A DNA stretch of 64,000 nt from an uncultured Desulfosarcina sp. Lineage in GTDB: Bacteria > Desulfobacterota > Desulfobacteria > Desulfobacterales > Desulfosarcinaceae. Numbering within the stretch: position 1 is the first letter of the stretch; each line of letters starts with the position of its first letter. The stretch covers positions 2,336,001 to 2,400,000 of the forward strand of contig CAXXWQ010000003.1 in NCBI GenBank assembly GCA_963674945.2, written 5' to 3'. Positions 40,990 to 50,913 of the stretch are shown one piece after another. The position numbers were made by a program, and so were the translations under genes. A model generated the notes under the pieces. It searched no databases, had not been told where the DNA came from, and saw only the letters and a list, made by a program, of their open reading frames with translations.

Positions 40990-41226
40990 TCTTTCTCGCC
41001 ACAACTCCCCTCCCCCATTATTTAAAATTATCCGCATTTTCATCGTCCAATCGCCCAATACGCGCCAGACGTGCATTCGAAGGCTCTGGTCGGTTGGACG
41101 GTGTTTTTCACAACAGGACGAATAAAAGCGTCATTCACAAGAATCAAATTTGCTGAAATCAATCCTATCGCCTCTGGCGGGCTCAAAGAGCCTATCAGGG
41201 GCGTTTTTGTTTGAGGAGAAAATCCC

Positions 41227-41406
41227 ATGCTTTTGAAACGAGTTTGCAGCTGGTGTGGATGCTCGCTGCCACCCAAAGAATGTGAGTGTCTGCCAGATGA
41301 AAATATCGAGGAACAAATTACCCACACGATTTGCCCCAAGTGCCTTGAGAAAGCTTTGGAGGAGATCGCTTCATTCCCCAACCAATCCAATAAAATCAAC
41401 AAATAA
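41227..41406 (+). CDS. 59-aa Zn-ribbon protein (below ORF-track cutoff)
   Basis: GAGGAG RBS; MLLKRVCSWCG...ITHTICPKC. Confidence 0.7.
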   Translation: MLLKRVCSWCGCSLPPKECECLPDENIEEQITHTICPKCLEKALEEIASFPNQSNKINK

Positions 41407-41423
41407 TCGAAAGGAAGTTAATC

Positions 41424-42377
41424 ATGGCTAACACAGCAACTCTCGAAACCGTAATCAATGAAGTCCATGAGCAATCCATCCATCATTACGACCAGATCGT
41501 ACCGTTACAGGAAATGGAATTCGACAATCTCACTAAAATGTGGGTTTCTGGCAAACAGGTCGAAGTGGCCCCCACTGCCCAACGACTCTTGGCCAATCGT
41601 TTGCGTGTACCCTACTCCTACCTCTCCCGATGCCCGGAGGATCTCCAAGCCAAGAATCTCAATTACTGGATAGAGCAGGAGCGCAAGCAACGGGAGACGT
41701 TCTTCTGCCGGTTCGATGCCAATCGGCTTCGAGCGGTGTTCACCGAGCGCTACCGACCATTGGACAACATGGAAATCCTGTCCCAGTTGCTCCAGCACGG
41801 TTTCGATCCTACCACGCAAATACAATATGCCATCGATGACGGAATGTTCCTGGTCAAGGTACCCGAGTATGCCAGGGCTTTCGGCGTCAATCCAGGCTAC
41901 GGTCAGTTGGATGAAATCGTTCCCGGCGTGTCTTTCGCCAATAGTGAGGTGGGTCTTTTGGCTTTCAGCATCGAGGCTTTCTTTTACAGGCTGGTCTGCA
42001 CCAACGGGCTCATCGCCAAGACCTCATCGACCTTGTCACGGTTCAAACATATCAGCAATCGGGGGCTGGAGAATTTCCCTGAGACGCTTGCCGGTGTAAT
42101 CGAGGATTCCATGCGCAAGCAGGAACAATTCAAAATATCTCGTCTGTCAACCGTGAAGGACCCCATACAATCCATTGAGATCTTCAGCCAGCGGTTCGGT
42201 CTGTCTCAGGCAGAGACGGAGGTGGTCAGGCAATCCTATTACCTGGAACAAGGCGGAACGATGTTTCATATCATCAATGCTTTCACGCGGGCGGCCCAAG
42301 ATGCCAACCTGGACACCCTCCAGGCATATCGTCTGGAATCGACCGGTGGACAGATTTTGAGCCTGGTCCGGTCTTAA
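41424..42377 (+). CDS. DUF932-family protein
   Basis: RAVFTERYRPLDN, NSEVG, YRLVCTNGLI, INAFT. Confidence 0.85.
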   Translation: MANTATLETVINEVHEQSIHHYDQIVPLQEMEFDNLTKMWVSGKQVEVAPTAQRLLANRLRVPYSYLSRCPEDLQAKNLNYWIEQERKQRETFFCRFDANRLRAVFTERYRPLDNMEILSQLLQHGFDPTTQIQYAIDDGMFLVKVPEYARAFGVNPGYGQLDEIVPGVSFANSEVGLLAFSIEAFFYRLVCTNGLIAKTSSTLSRFKHISNRGLENFPETLAGVIEDSMRKQEQFKISRLSTVKDPIQSIEIFSQRFGLSQAETEVVRQSYYLEQGGTMFHIINAFTRAAQDANLDTLQAYRLESTGGQILSLVRS

Positions 42378-42451
42378 AAATTCATATTCAACCCAATGAA
42401 GGCCCTGTCATCGCAAGGTGATGGGGCTTTCTATTTTTATGGAGGCAAACC

Positions 42452-42643
42452 ATGACCAAAGAGGAAAAAGAACGCTACAACGAGCCTGAATTGTTGGGAG
42501 ACATACTGAAACGAGTACTGGACGGAAAGAAATTTCGACTGGAGTGCGGCCATTATGTGACCTTTGGCCACCATCTGGGAAACGATGTGACCATTCGCAA
42601 CGGGAAAAAATACAAGATCATATGCAGCCAGTGTGGATATTAA
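42452..42643 (+). CDS. Small Cys-containing hypothetical protein
   Basis: GGAGG RBS; LECGH...ICSQCGY. Confidence 0.7.
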   Translation: MTKEEKERYNEPELLGDILKRVLDGKKFRLECGHYVTFGHHLGNDVTIRNGKKYKIICSQCGY

Positions 42644-42668
42644 TCCGCCAGCAAGAAAGGAGATTGTT

Positions 42669-42845
42669 ATGGATGATTTTTTTGACGACTATGACGGTGA
42701 AGGATTGGAGTGGCAAGATTGGATGATCATTGGACCTCTCTCTGAGGACATCGCTCGTGAAAAGCGAGACATAGAGAGAACCCGAAGGGAATGGGATGAT
42801 GAGGAGGACGATGATTATTGGGGCATCATTAACAGGCGTTGGTAA
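42669..42845 (+). CDS. Small acidic hypothetical protein
   Basis: AAGGAG RBS; Asp/Glu/Trp-rich 58 aa. Confidence 0.6.
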   Translation: MDDFFDDYDGEGLEWQDWMIIGPLSEDIAREKRDIERTRREWDDEEDDDYWGIINRRW

Positions 42846-42880
42846 CAATGAACTGACAGCCGAATCAGAAAGGCATAAGC

Positions 42881-43306
42881 ATGACATCGACTGCAATTGA
42901 AAGGATCATATGCCCGGCATGCGGTTTCCGTCAGGAATTCCAATTTTATGAATCCATCAACGCCCTTGAAGATCCCGGTATGGTGGAAAAACTGTTCGCC
43001 GGCGAAATAAATTTATTCATCTGCGCCAGTTGCGGCCACAAGGTCATAGTTGAGGTTCCACTTCTTTACAACGACATAAGGATGGGACTGAAGATTCAAT
43101 ATTTTCCATCCGTCTGGCTTGAGGAAAAACCAGAAAGGGTGTGCAAACAGTATATTGAGATGCTATCCACACTGAAAGCCTTCCGGGATGATTTCGGCTT
43201 CATGACCGAATCGATGAGGAATCAAACCATCCACGTCGTCTCTTCAATGGAAGAGATGGTCGCTCAAATCAAGTTCCGAACACACCTCCATAAACAAAGC
43301 GGTTGA
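42881..43306 (+). CDS. CpXC-domain protein
   Basis: CPACG...SIN...P...GEIN.F.CASCG...LLYND. Confidence 0.8.
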   Translation: MTSTAIERIICPACGFRQEFQFYESINALEDPGMVEKLFAGEINLFICASCGHKVIVEVPLLYNDIRMGLKIQYFPSVWLEEKPERVCKQYIEMLSTLKAFRDDFGFMTESMRNQTIHVVSSMEEMVAQIKFRTHLHKQSG

Positions 43307-43526
43307 ACAATCGATTGGACAGCGCTGTCCAAAATGGCGGTCCGTCCAAAGCATCGTCCGGCTCAACTTATTGGATATTATGCCGATAGTTGAGACTGGA
43401 CGGTTGGACTGTTATAGCCACAAACATCTTACCGTTGCGAAACGGCAATATGAATTGTTATCCGTCGTCCCTTTTATAGCGCCCCCTGGTGACACATAGA
43501 AAACAGATTCAACGAGGATTATTCAA

Positions 43527-45614
43527 ATGAATCAAACTCACTTCAACAAAGATGTATTTTTCAAGTGTAACCATTGTGGAATTACTATGAAGGAGTCCGA
43601 TTTTTCAATAAGTTTGTTTCTGTACGGTGGCATATTCCTTCATGGAAAGGATGACGGCTATTTGGGCATTACATGTGCCAATCCAGAATGCAAAAAGACC
43701 GTTTTAAAACCGATAGATATCTGGGCTCTCAACAACCTGAAAGAGTCTTTGTTTATCGATGAATTGAGATATGATGCTGACAAAAACCCAAGATTTAAAT
43801 ATCGCGCTTTTCCTTACTTCATAAAACCTTTTGGTGAAGCTAAAGAATGGCTGGCTGATTCTAAGAGATATAACTTGAAAGATGTTGTAAATTGTATCGA
43901 TCATGATGAGCACTTGTCTGCCGAAATTCCGTCCGGGTATTATTCCAGCATCTCCCACAGTGATTTTGCCCTTGGTCCCGCCATCGCCTTATATTGGTAT
44001 GAGCGTAAACATTTAAATCAACTCCTACAGCTCGAAAATGAATCCAATATCAGAGTATTCCCGCGCTTCGTTATTGACGACCCGTTAATCCAGTCCATTG
44101 ATGATTTGTGTTGGGACTATGAACTGGCAATGGATTTCTATATGGAAATGAAGCTTCTTATTCCCATCTATGACGTTCGAGAATCCATTTCGAAGCAGAG
44201 GATTACAAAAAATTTTGATTTCTTAAATATATTGGATATGCGGCATAACAGGGATATCTATGCCACCTTGCCAGAATCTGGAGGTTTTACGGTCTTTAAT
44301 TGGGGGCCTGTATCAAATATCGCCAGGCAGTCGGATGGTGCACCCCATCATGCCATCGAAAACCAAGCGCCGAATCCTAAACTGCCACCTCATGATCTGA
44401 TGTGTTCAACTCTTTGGGAAAACTATGAAAAGCAATACATTCAAGATCTGTTGGATAAGATGTCGACTGACTTCATCATAAAATACATCAAAATAAATAA
44501 GGAACCCAATTTTACCTATAATGACGCCTGGTCTTTGAAACAAGAATATCTTAAGGAGATTTATGATTATATCATTTCCAGGAAGAAACGACCCGCAATC
44601 AAGGATAGGTTATCGAAATCGACACAAGAATCAATGAACAAGATTGATCAACAATGCCCAGCATTCAAGAGCATCGTATCAGTAGACAAAGAAATATATG
44701 AAATCAAAAAGAAATTTATCAAACTTTCCAGTAGCAGTAGCATAGATCGAGCCTTCGATATACTTCTGTTGGGCGAAAGCGGTACTGGGAAGGAGTTATT
44801 TGCCCATGCATATCATGAGCAAACTCGACCTGGAAAACCCTTCGTACCAGTGAACTGTGGTTCCATTTCCCATGACCTTTTTGAATCCTTGTTTTTCGGA
44901 CATTCAAAGGGTTCATTCACAGGCGCTAAAACAGACAAAGCCGGACATTTCCAGGAGGCCGATGGTGGCACTCTTTTTCTTGATGAAATCGGTGAACTTG
45001 AATTGAGCCATCAACCTCGGTTTTTAAGGGTTTTAGAAACGAGAGAAATACAGCCAGTTGGAGGAAATTTAAAGAAATTAGATTTTCAGATTGTTTTTGC
45101 TACAAACCGGGATCTATACAAACGAGTACAGAAGAATGAATTCCGAGAAGATCTCTATCATCGGATCAATCGTTTTCCTTTTACAATACCGCCGTTGAGA
45201 CAGCGAAGACGCGACATTCCATTGCTAATTGATTATTTTGTTAAAGGCTTTTACAACGGAAAGTCAAAGGATGTTAGTATATTGTCAATTTTTACAGATG
45301 AATTTCTGGATGTCTTGTCCAATTACGATTGGCCTGGCAACGTCCGGGAATTGAAAAATGAAATCGAAAGGATTTTGGTTCTTCGACCTGATGATGACAA
45401 GCCTATCGACGTTTCCAACCTATCCGATATTATACGAAATCCACCAGATCGTGGAAAAAGGATCATTAAACCAAAAGGTCGTAAAAGACATCCTGGTAAG
45501 GAGGTCCTGCTTCAAATGAAAAGGGATGGCCTCACACACCAAGAAGTTGCCAACGAGTTCGGAGTGGCCAGAGAAACAGTGACGCGATGGTATTCTGCCA
45601 TGAAGACCAATTGA
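43527..45614 (+). CDS. Sigma-54 activator with uncharacterised Cys-containing N-terminal region
   Basis: GESGTGKE, GSFTGA, LFLDEI, WPGNVREL, C-terminal HTH. Confidence 0.92.
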   Translation: MNQTHFNKDVFFKCNHCGITMKESDFSISLFLYGGIFLHGKDDGYLGITCANPECKKTVLKPIDIWALNNLKESLFIDELRYDADKNPRFKYRAFPYFIKPFGEAKEWLADSKRYNLKDVVNCIDHDEHLSAEIPSGYYSSISHSDFALGPAIALYWYERKHLNQLLQLENESNIRVFPRFVIDDPLIQSIDDLCWDYELAMDFYMEMKLLIPIYDVRESISKQRITKNFDFLNILDMRHNRDIYATLPESGGFTVFNWGPVSNIARQSDGAPHHAIENQAPNPKLPPHDLMCSTLWENYEKQYIQDLLDKMSTDFIIKYIKINKEPNFTYNDAWSLKQEYLKEIYDYIISRKKRPAIKDRLSKSTQESMNKIDQQCPAFKSIVSVDKEIYEIKKKFIKLSSSSSIDRAFDILLLGESGTGKELFAHAYHEQTRPGKPFVPVNCGSISHDLFESLFFGHSKGSFTGAKTDKAGHFQEADGGTLFLDEIGELELSHQPRFLRVLETREIQPVGGNLKKLDFQIVFATNRDLYKRVQKNEFREDLYHRINRFPFTIPPLRQRRRDIPLLIDYFVKGFYNGKSKDVSILSIFTDEFLDVLSNYDWPGNVRELKNEIERILVLRPDDDKPIDVSNLSDIIRNPPDRGKRIIKPKGRKRHPGKEVLLQMKRDGLTHQEVANEFGVARETVTRWYSAMKTN

Positions 45615-45851
45615 TATAGTTTAAAGTCAGATCCCTACTATATTTTACCTTCAACATCTACTCTCCTCACTTTTCAATCAACACCATTCAAGTAAGCTAA
45701 GATTACATCCAAGAAGTATAAACGTGATGTGATGTTAATGTGATGATCACATGATGTTTGCGTGAAGATCACATCACTTGATGCTAGTAAAAAATATTAT
45801 AATTAAGTTTTATCAATTAGATATGAATTTATGAATCGTTTCCATGATCAT

Positions 45852-45867
45852 TGGTACAGTCAGTGCT
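45852..45867 (+). promoter_or_regulatory. Putative sigma-54 promoter for the replication gene
   Basis: TGGTAC-agtca-GTGCT; GTGATG/CATCAC repeats at 45724-45777 and an AT-rich IHF-like stretch between. Confidence 0.55.
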
Positions 45868-45962
45868 CTACTACCTGCATGTTTCGCGAATCTCAGCGTT
45901 AAAGGAGGATAAAGATAGGCCGCTTAGCGAAACGACTAACACTTTAACTTAGGAGGTAGATC

Positions 45963-48059
45963 ATGGAACCTATGGTATTCGGAATTCTTTTTATTCTTTG
46001 GATGGAAACGACGCTATCCTATTTTTATAGGATCGTCACAGGTAGTCCCGTTCCAACACTTCTCAGATATCGTATCTCTTTTATGGTTGTCTGGGTTGCA
46101 TTGGTTTGGAGTGGGAGCCAAGCGGACCCTACCCCCGATAATCCTACCATTTATAAATTCACTTTCGAGACCTCCAGGCCATGCGTCTGCACTCCGCAAT
46201 TAAAAAGGAGAATTATTATGCAAGACGTATCACAGATTGGAACCACCCAGGCAATCAATCACAATGGCAATGGCAATGGCTTTACAGAAGCCCAGAATAA
46301 CAACCATGACCTCTTGTCCACTGGAGCCGATGCGAGTGAACAGCTACTTCTCCCGGCGCCGGAGCGATTATCTCCTTCGAGAGATGATGACCAGGCAGAT
46401 ATTCCGCCTGAGATGATGGGGGCAGGAAAGTCTCATGATGAACCGGAGCAGAACGAAGCGGAACAGTCTTCAACCACAGGTCCCTCGTTGACGCGGGTGG
46501 ATGCTCCAGTCGAGATAGCAGCTGATATTCCTCATGAGCCTGATCAAACTGGTCAACATAACGGAAAGGAACCTTTGCTGGCCGTAAAAAGAAATAAAGC
46601 CGAGATCGCCATAGTTTTAATGAACAGAAAAGCTTCCTTCTTCCAAACCCCAGAAGGCGATACTTATGCAGAAATCCGATTGGAAGATCATCACGAAGTA
46701 TGGTCGACCAGGAGCAAGGAATTCGAATTGTTTCTTAGGTACGAATTCTATCAGGCAACGCAGGCGGCTTTGAAGAAAACTGATCTTATGCTGACCATTT
46801 TGCACGCCGAAACCGTGGCAATGTTCGATGGTCTGAAACAGGAAGTCGGTCTGAGGATTACCAGACATGGTAACGCGATCTATATCGACCTTTGCAACCC
46901 TAAATGGCAGCAGATCGAAATTACCCCTGTCCGCTGGAGGGTCATTGAAATGAAGGCTTCTCCAGTCAGGTTCAGGCGCTCCAAGGGAATGCTTGCCCTG
47001 CCCCACCCCGAGCGCAATGGCGATCTCAATCACATTAGGAACCTGTTGAACCTTGACAACGACAGCAACTTTATCCTGGTCGCCTCCTATCTGATCGGTG
47101 CAATGAATCCATCTGGACCGTTTCCGATCCTCATTATTCAAGGCGAACAGGGTTCCGGTAAATCCACCCTTACCAATTGCATTCGGAATTTGCTCGATCC
47201 TTCGAGCGTACCATCCCGGACATTGCCTAGAACGGAACGAGACTTGGCGATCTCAGCCGAGGCTTCACGGTTGCTTTGCTACGACAACGTTTCCGGCATC
47301 AAAGATACCATGTCAGATGCCTTCTGCCGCATAGCAACGGGTGGTGGTTTTGGCACTCGTACCCTTTACAAGGATAAGTCCGAGGAGTTGTTCAACTCCA
47401 CCCGGCCGATGCTCTTCAACGGGATCTCGGACCTGGTCGTAAAGCATGACTTCGCCGACCGGGCGTTGGTCGTAACGCTTCCGCTGATTAAAGCAGATAA
47501 TCGACGCTCCATGGCCGAAATTAAAAGGGATTGGCACTCCATCAAACCTTATGCATTAGGTGCAATCTGCGATGCCGTCAAGGAGGCGTTGAGTAATCAT
47601 GAGGATGTGCGCTTGGACCGATCTCCCCGAATGGCCGACTTTACCAAGTGGGTCGTGGCGGCCGAACCGGTCCTACCTTGGGAACGGGGTCGATTCATGG
47701 CGGAATATGAGAAAAATCGTTTCGAACTGATCGAAGTCGCCATCGAATCCGACCCGATATCCCTGGCGATTGTGGAGATGATGGACCGACTGGATGTCAA
47801 AAAGTGGGTCGGTACACCTACACAACTGCTCAAGGACCTCGCTGGTTATGTCCCCAACAACGGTGCCAACAAAAAGGGCTGGCCACAGGCACCGAACATT
47901 TTTACCAACCGCCTCCGTCGTGTTCAGACCTTTCTGCGGGCCATGGGAATCGAGGTCGAGCATACCAAATCCGGTAAGCGCCTCATCCGCCTGTGGAAGC
48001 GGGACGCAGAGAACAGTGAGCCCGCTGAACGCGAAAAGCTACATCTCGCGGCTGGATGA
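45963..48059 (+). CDS. Replication-associated P-loop ATPase/helicase of the element (alternative start 46218)
   Basis: GEQGSGKST, YDNVS, RTLY, DFADRA, RMADF, C-terminal wHTH-like; RBSs before both 45963 and 46218. Confidence 0.75.
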   Translation: MEPMVFGILFILWMETTLSYFYRIVTGSPVPTLLRYRISFMVVWVALVWSGSQADPTPDNPTIYKFTFETSRPCVCTPQLKRRIIMQDVSQIGTTQAINHNGNGNGFTEAQNNNHDLLSTGADASEQLLLPAPERLSPSRDDDQADIPPEMMGAGKSHDEPEQNEAEQSSTTGPSLTRVDAPVEIAADIPHEPDQTGQHNGKEPLLAVKRNKAEIAIVLMNRKASFFQTPEGDTYAEIRLEDHHEVWSTRSKEFELFLRYEFYQATQAALKKTDLMLTILHAETVAMFDGLKQEVGLRITRHGNAIYIDLCNPKWQQIEITPVRWRVIEMKASPVRFRRSKGMLALPHPERNGDLNHIRNLLNLDNDSNFILVASYLIGAMNPSGPFPILIIQGEQGSGKSTLTNCIRNLLDPSSVPSRTLPRTERDLAISAEASRLLCYDNVSGIKDTMSDAFCRIATGGGFGTRTLYKDKSEELFNSTRPMLFNGISDLVVKHDFADRALVVTLPLIKADNRRSMAEIKRDWHSIKPYALGAICDAVKEALSNHEDVRLDRSPRMADFTKWVVAAEPVLPWERGRFMAEYEKNRFELIEVAIESDPISLAIVEMMDRLDVKKWVGTPTQLLKDLAGYVPNNGANKKGWPQAPNIFTNRLRRVQTFLRAMGIEVEHTKSGKRLIRLWKRDAENSEPAEREKLHLAAG

Positions 48060-48226
48060 TGGAGGCATAGGATGAACTCGCTATGTCTTCACACTAAGAT
48101 GATGAATTTTGAATTCATCATCGCTTTGTCGAAAGCCCTGCCGGTGCAATCCGGCGGGGCTCTACTTTTTTCCATTGGATTCACGCTTGATTCGCGATCC
48201 TCTCAATTACCCAAAAGGAGAATTCT

Positions 48227-49132
48227 ATGAAGACTGAACAGATTTCCGTTTTTCCGATTGTTGAAGATAGCCAAGAATCCTGCAGTCAACCTCGCGAGCC
48301 GAAAGGTCTGAGCCAGATCAATCCCAAAGGTCGAAGCTCGCTGATCATCAACAACGATGCCGGCGAGGTGTGCGCAGCCACTTCCTCGCTAATTGTTTCC
48401 GCCAGCCGCAAGACGGATCTTCCGGCGCATCACAGCGACTGGTTCATGGAGCGACTGAGGCGGGGACACCTGATGGTCAATTTCCCGGCCAAAAGGTACA
48501 TCTCATTTGCCCGGACTCGCCTATTCGTGTTCTGGACCAAGAACCCGCAGCCCCTGATGCAGCACCTGGATGAGATTGATGCCATGGGTATCAACTACTA
48601 CTTCCAGTTCACTCTCAACGATTATGAGCAGGAAGGCCTGGAGCCCAATGTACCGCCCCTGGCTAAACGCATCGATACGTTCAAGAGGCTTTCGGACCGG
48701 ATCGGCAGGGAGAAGGTCATCTGGCGCTTCGACCCTTTGGTACTAACCGATACCATCGACAGGCATCGTCTCATCGAAAAGGTCGGATCGCTAATGCAGT
48801 CCCTGGCAGGTTATACCGAGAAAATGGTCTTCAGCTTTCTTAATCCGGCCGCACACAAAAAGGCTGAACGCAAGCTCAGGAAGGCCGGTATTAACGCCAA
48901 AGGCTTTTCGGATGACGAGAAAGCCTATTTGGCCTGGCACATCGCGGAGATGGCCGCAGAAAACGGTATTCAAGCTGCCGCCTGTGCCGAGGGAATGGAT
49001 TTGTCACCCTTTGGTATAGCCCGGAACAAATGTATCGATGACGGGCTTATCCGGCGGCTTTTCAGCCACAATCAGGTGCCAATGGTGAAAAATGATGTTT
49101 GTACCGCCAGCGGCATCCTGATCTCTCTCTGA
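48227..49132 (+). CDS. DUF1848-family protein, probably C-terminally truncated
   Basis: SASRKTDLPA, VFWTKNP, FQFTL, WRFDP, CAE, KCID; the expected terminal Cys cluster is absent. Confidence 0.8.
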   Translation: MKTEQISVFPIVEDSQESCSQPREPKGLSQINPKGRSSLIINNDAGEVCAATSSLIVSASRKTDLPAHHSDWFMERLRRGHLMVNFPAKRYISFARTRLFVFWTKNPQPLMQHLDEIDAMGINYYFQFTLNDYEQEGLEPNVPPLAKRIDTFKRLSDRIGREKVIWRFDPLVLTDTIDRHRLIEKVGSLMQSLAGYTEKMVFSFLNPAAHKKAERKLRKAGINAKGFSDDEKAYLAWHIAEMAAENGIQAAACAEGMDLSPFGIARNKCIDDGLIRRLFSHNQVPMVKNDVCTASGILISL

Positions 49133-49386
49133 CCCCGCATCGTCCATAATAACCGTCCGACTCAACGTGTTGGAAATTCAGCCAATAGTTGGGCCTGGAC
49201 GGTTGGACGATGGTTTGCAGCCACTTTTTTTCAATCCCACCGGAAAACTCGTTTCCAACGATAAACTTCCATCAGAACGGATAAGTTATTTTGATCATTG
49301 ACACAATTGCTGACCAACGATTATCCTACACGAAACTTCCCACCCTATATTTCGCAAGAGAAATGATTGCCAGGAGCGCAGAACGC

Positions 49387-49662
49387 ATGAACAAGATTGA
49401 ATTGATCCAAGCCTTGAAAGACGCCAATGGTCTGTCCAGAATTGAGGCCGAATCGGTCGTGAATCTTTTCTTCAACACAATATCAGATGCATTGGCCAAA
49501 GGTGACCGTGTCGAAATCCGTGGTCTCTGTTCCATGTTTGTGAAGGATTACAAGTCTTATACCGGGCGTAATCCCAAAACCGGTGAACGAGTCAAAATCA
49601 AACCGAAGAAGCTGCCTTTTTTTAAGGCCGGGAAGGAACTGAAGGAGCGGGTGGATCGGTAA
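49387..49662 (+). CDS. Integration host factor beta / HU-family protein
   Basis: MNKIELI, RVEIRG, GRNPKTGE, PFFKAGKELKERV. Confidence 0.93.
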   Translation: MNKIELIQALKDANGLSRIEAESVVNLFFNTISDALAKGDRVEIRGLCSMFVKDYKSYTGRNPKTGERVKIKPKKLPFFKAGKELKERVDR

Positions 49663-50022
49663 GCAGCAATGGCTTTTTTTTTAATGAAAGGACTGGCGAT
49701 TACTCAATCTATTTGCATTTCTACAAAATTTGGGTCTAGGTATTGATATCAGTAAGTGTGTATAAGATCCTGACGCTTGGGATAGATCGACAAACATGCA
49801 ATAATCAGCGAAAAAGGGCTGGCACAATATATTGTGTATGACCGTCGTTTTCTATCGGTTTAACCGATTCCAGCGATAAAATGGAAATCTCAAGTTTTAT
49901 TAACCCTTATTTTAAGGAAACAATCTGCCCCGTACATCTGTCATCTTAAAGTATGTTTAATGCTGTGCGAGCTACTTTTTCTATAGTATTAGTGCCCGAA
50001 GGCTATCTTGCCATAATTTCTG

Positions 50023-50868
50023 CTATGCATATTTCATTGCATACCCAGGAATCGTCCCGGGCCGGGCCGTTTCAATGGCCTTAGCTGTCCCTTTGGCACT
50101 GGCCTCAATGGCTTTTTCTATCGGCATGCTGTTAAGGGCGTTGACGATTGCGTTGTTTGTTTCTCCAGGGACAAGTAGTGGCTGCTTGCCAAGCGCCTCC
50201 AACGCCAGCCGTGTCACCTCTTCCGGACTCATCAAGTTATCGAGGAACTGCTCACGCTTTAATCCGGCCGTAGTGATCGCATCTGTATCCGTGGCGCCAG
50301 GAGCCAATACCAGCAGGTCGACGCCGGTGCCTTCCAGTTCGCCATAGAGAGCAAAGCCGAGATGGTGCACGAAGGCCTTGCTCGCTCCGTAGACGGCAGA
50401 CCACGGAGCTGGTATCTCACCTTCCATGGATCCCACAAGAATGATTCCGCCATGGCCACGCTTCTTTAGACGTGGTAGCAGTTTGTACATCAGCAACAAT
50501 GGCACTCGGGTAACGACGTAGAAGGCAGCCATCACCCGATCGAGGGGGAATGACTCGAATTCGCCCTTGAGGCCCCATCCAGCGTTGCTGATGACAAGAC
50601 CCAAATCCTTATCGCCAATGGCGGAGATGGTCCGATCAACCGCATCTTCCTGAGCCAGATCGACCTGTACGAGTTCGATCTCGATCTTGTGCTGGATAAC
50701 CAACTCGTCGCGTAGTTTCTCCATCGGCGCCAAATTGATATCCACCATGATTAAGTTGAATCCGTCGGCGGCAAGATGGTGGGCGTAGCATACCCCCTGG
50801 CCGCCAGCAGCTCCCGTGACCAATGCCCATGGGCCATACGTAGCAATGTCAATCGCCATGGCTTTCAT
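50023..50868 (-). CDS. Short-chain dehydrogenase/reductase
   Basis: TGAAGGQG, NAG, YGASK. Confidence 0.92.
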   Translation of the reverse strand: MKAMAIDIATYGPWALVTGAAGGQGVCYAHHLAADGFNLIMVDINLAPMEKLRDELVIQHKIEIELVQVDLAQEDAVDRTISAIGDKDLGLVISNAGWGLKGEFESFPLDRVMAAFYVVTRVPLLLMYKLLPRLKKRGHGGIILVGSMEGEIPAPWSAVYGASKAFVHHLGFALYGELEGTGVDLLVLAPGATDTDAITTAGLKREQFLDNLMSPEEVTRLALEALGKQPLLVPGETNNAIVNALNSMPIEKAIEASAKGTAKAIETARPGTIPGYAMKYA

Positions 50869-50913
50869 ACCTCCGTGTTGATTGTATCCTCTGTGATCTT
50901 ACCTGGCAAAGTC

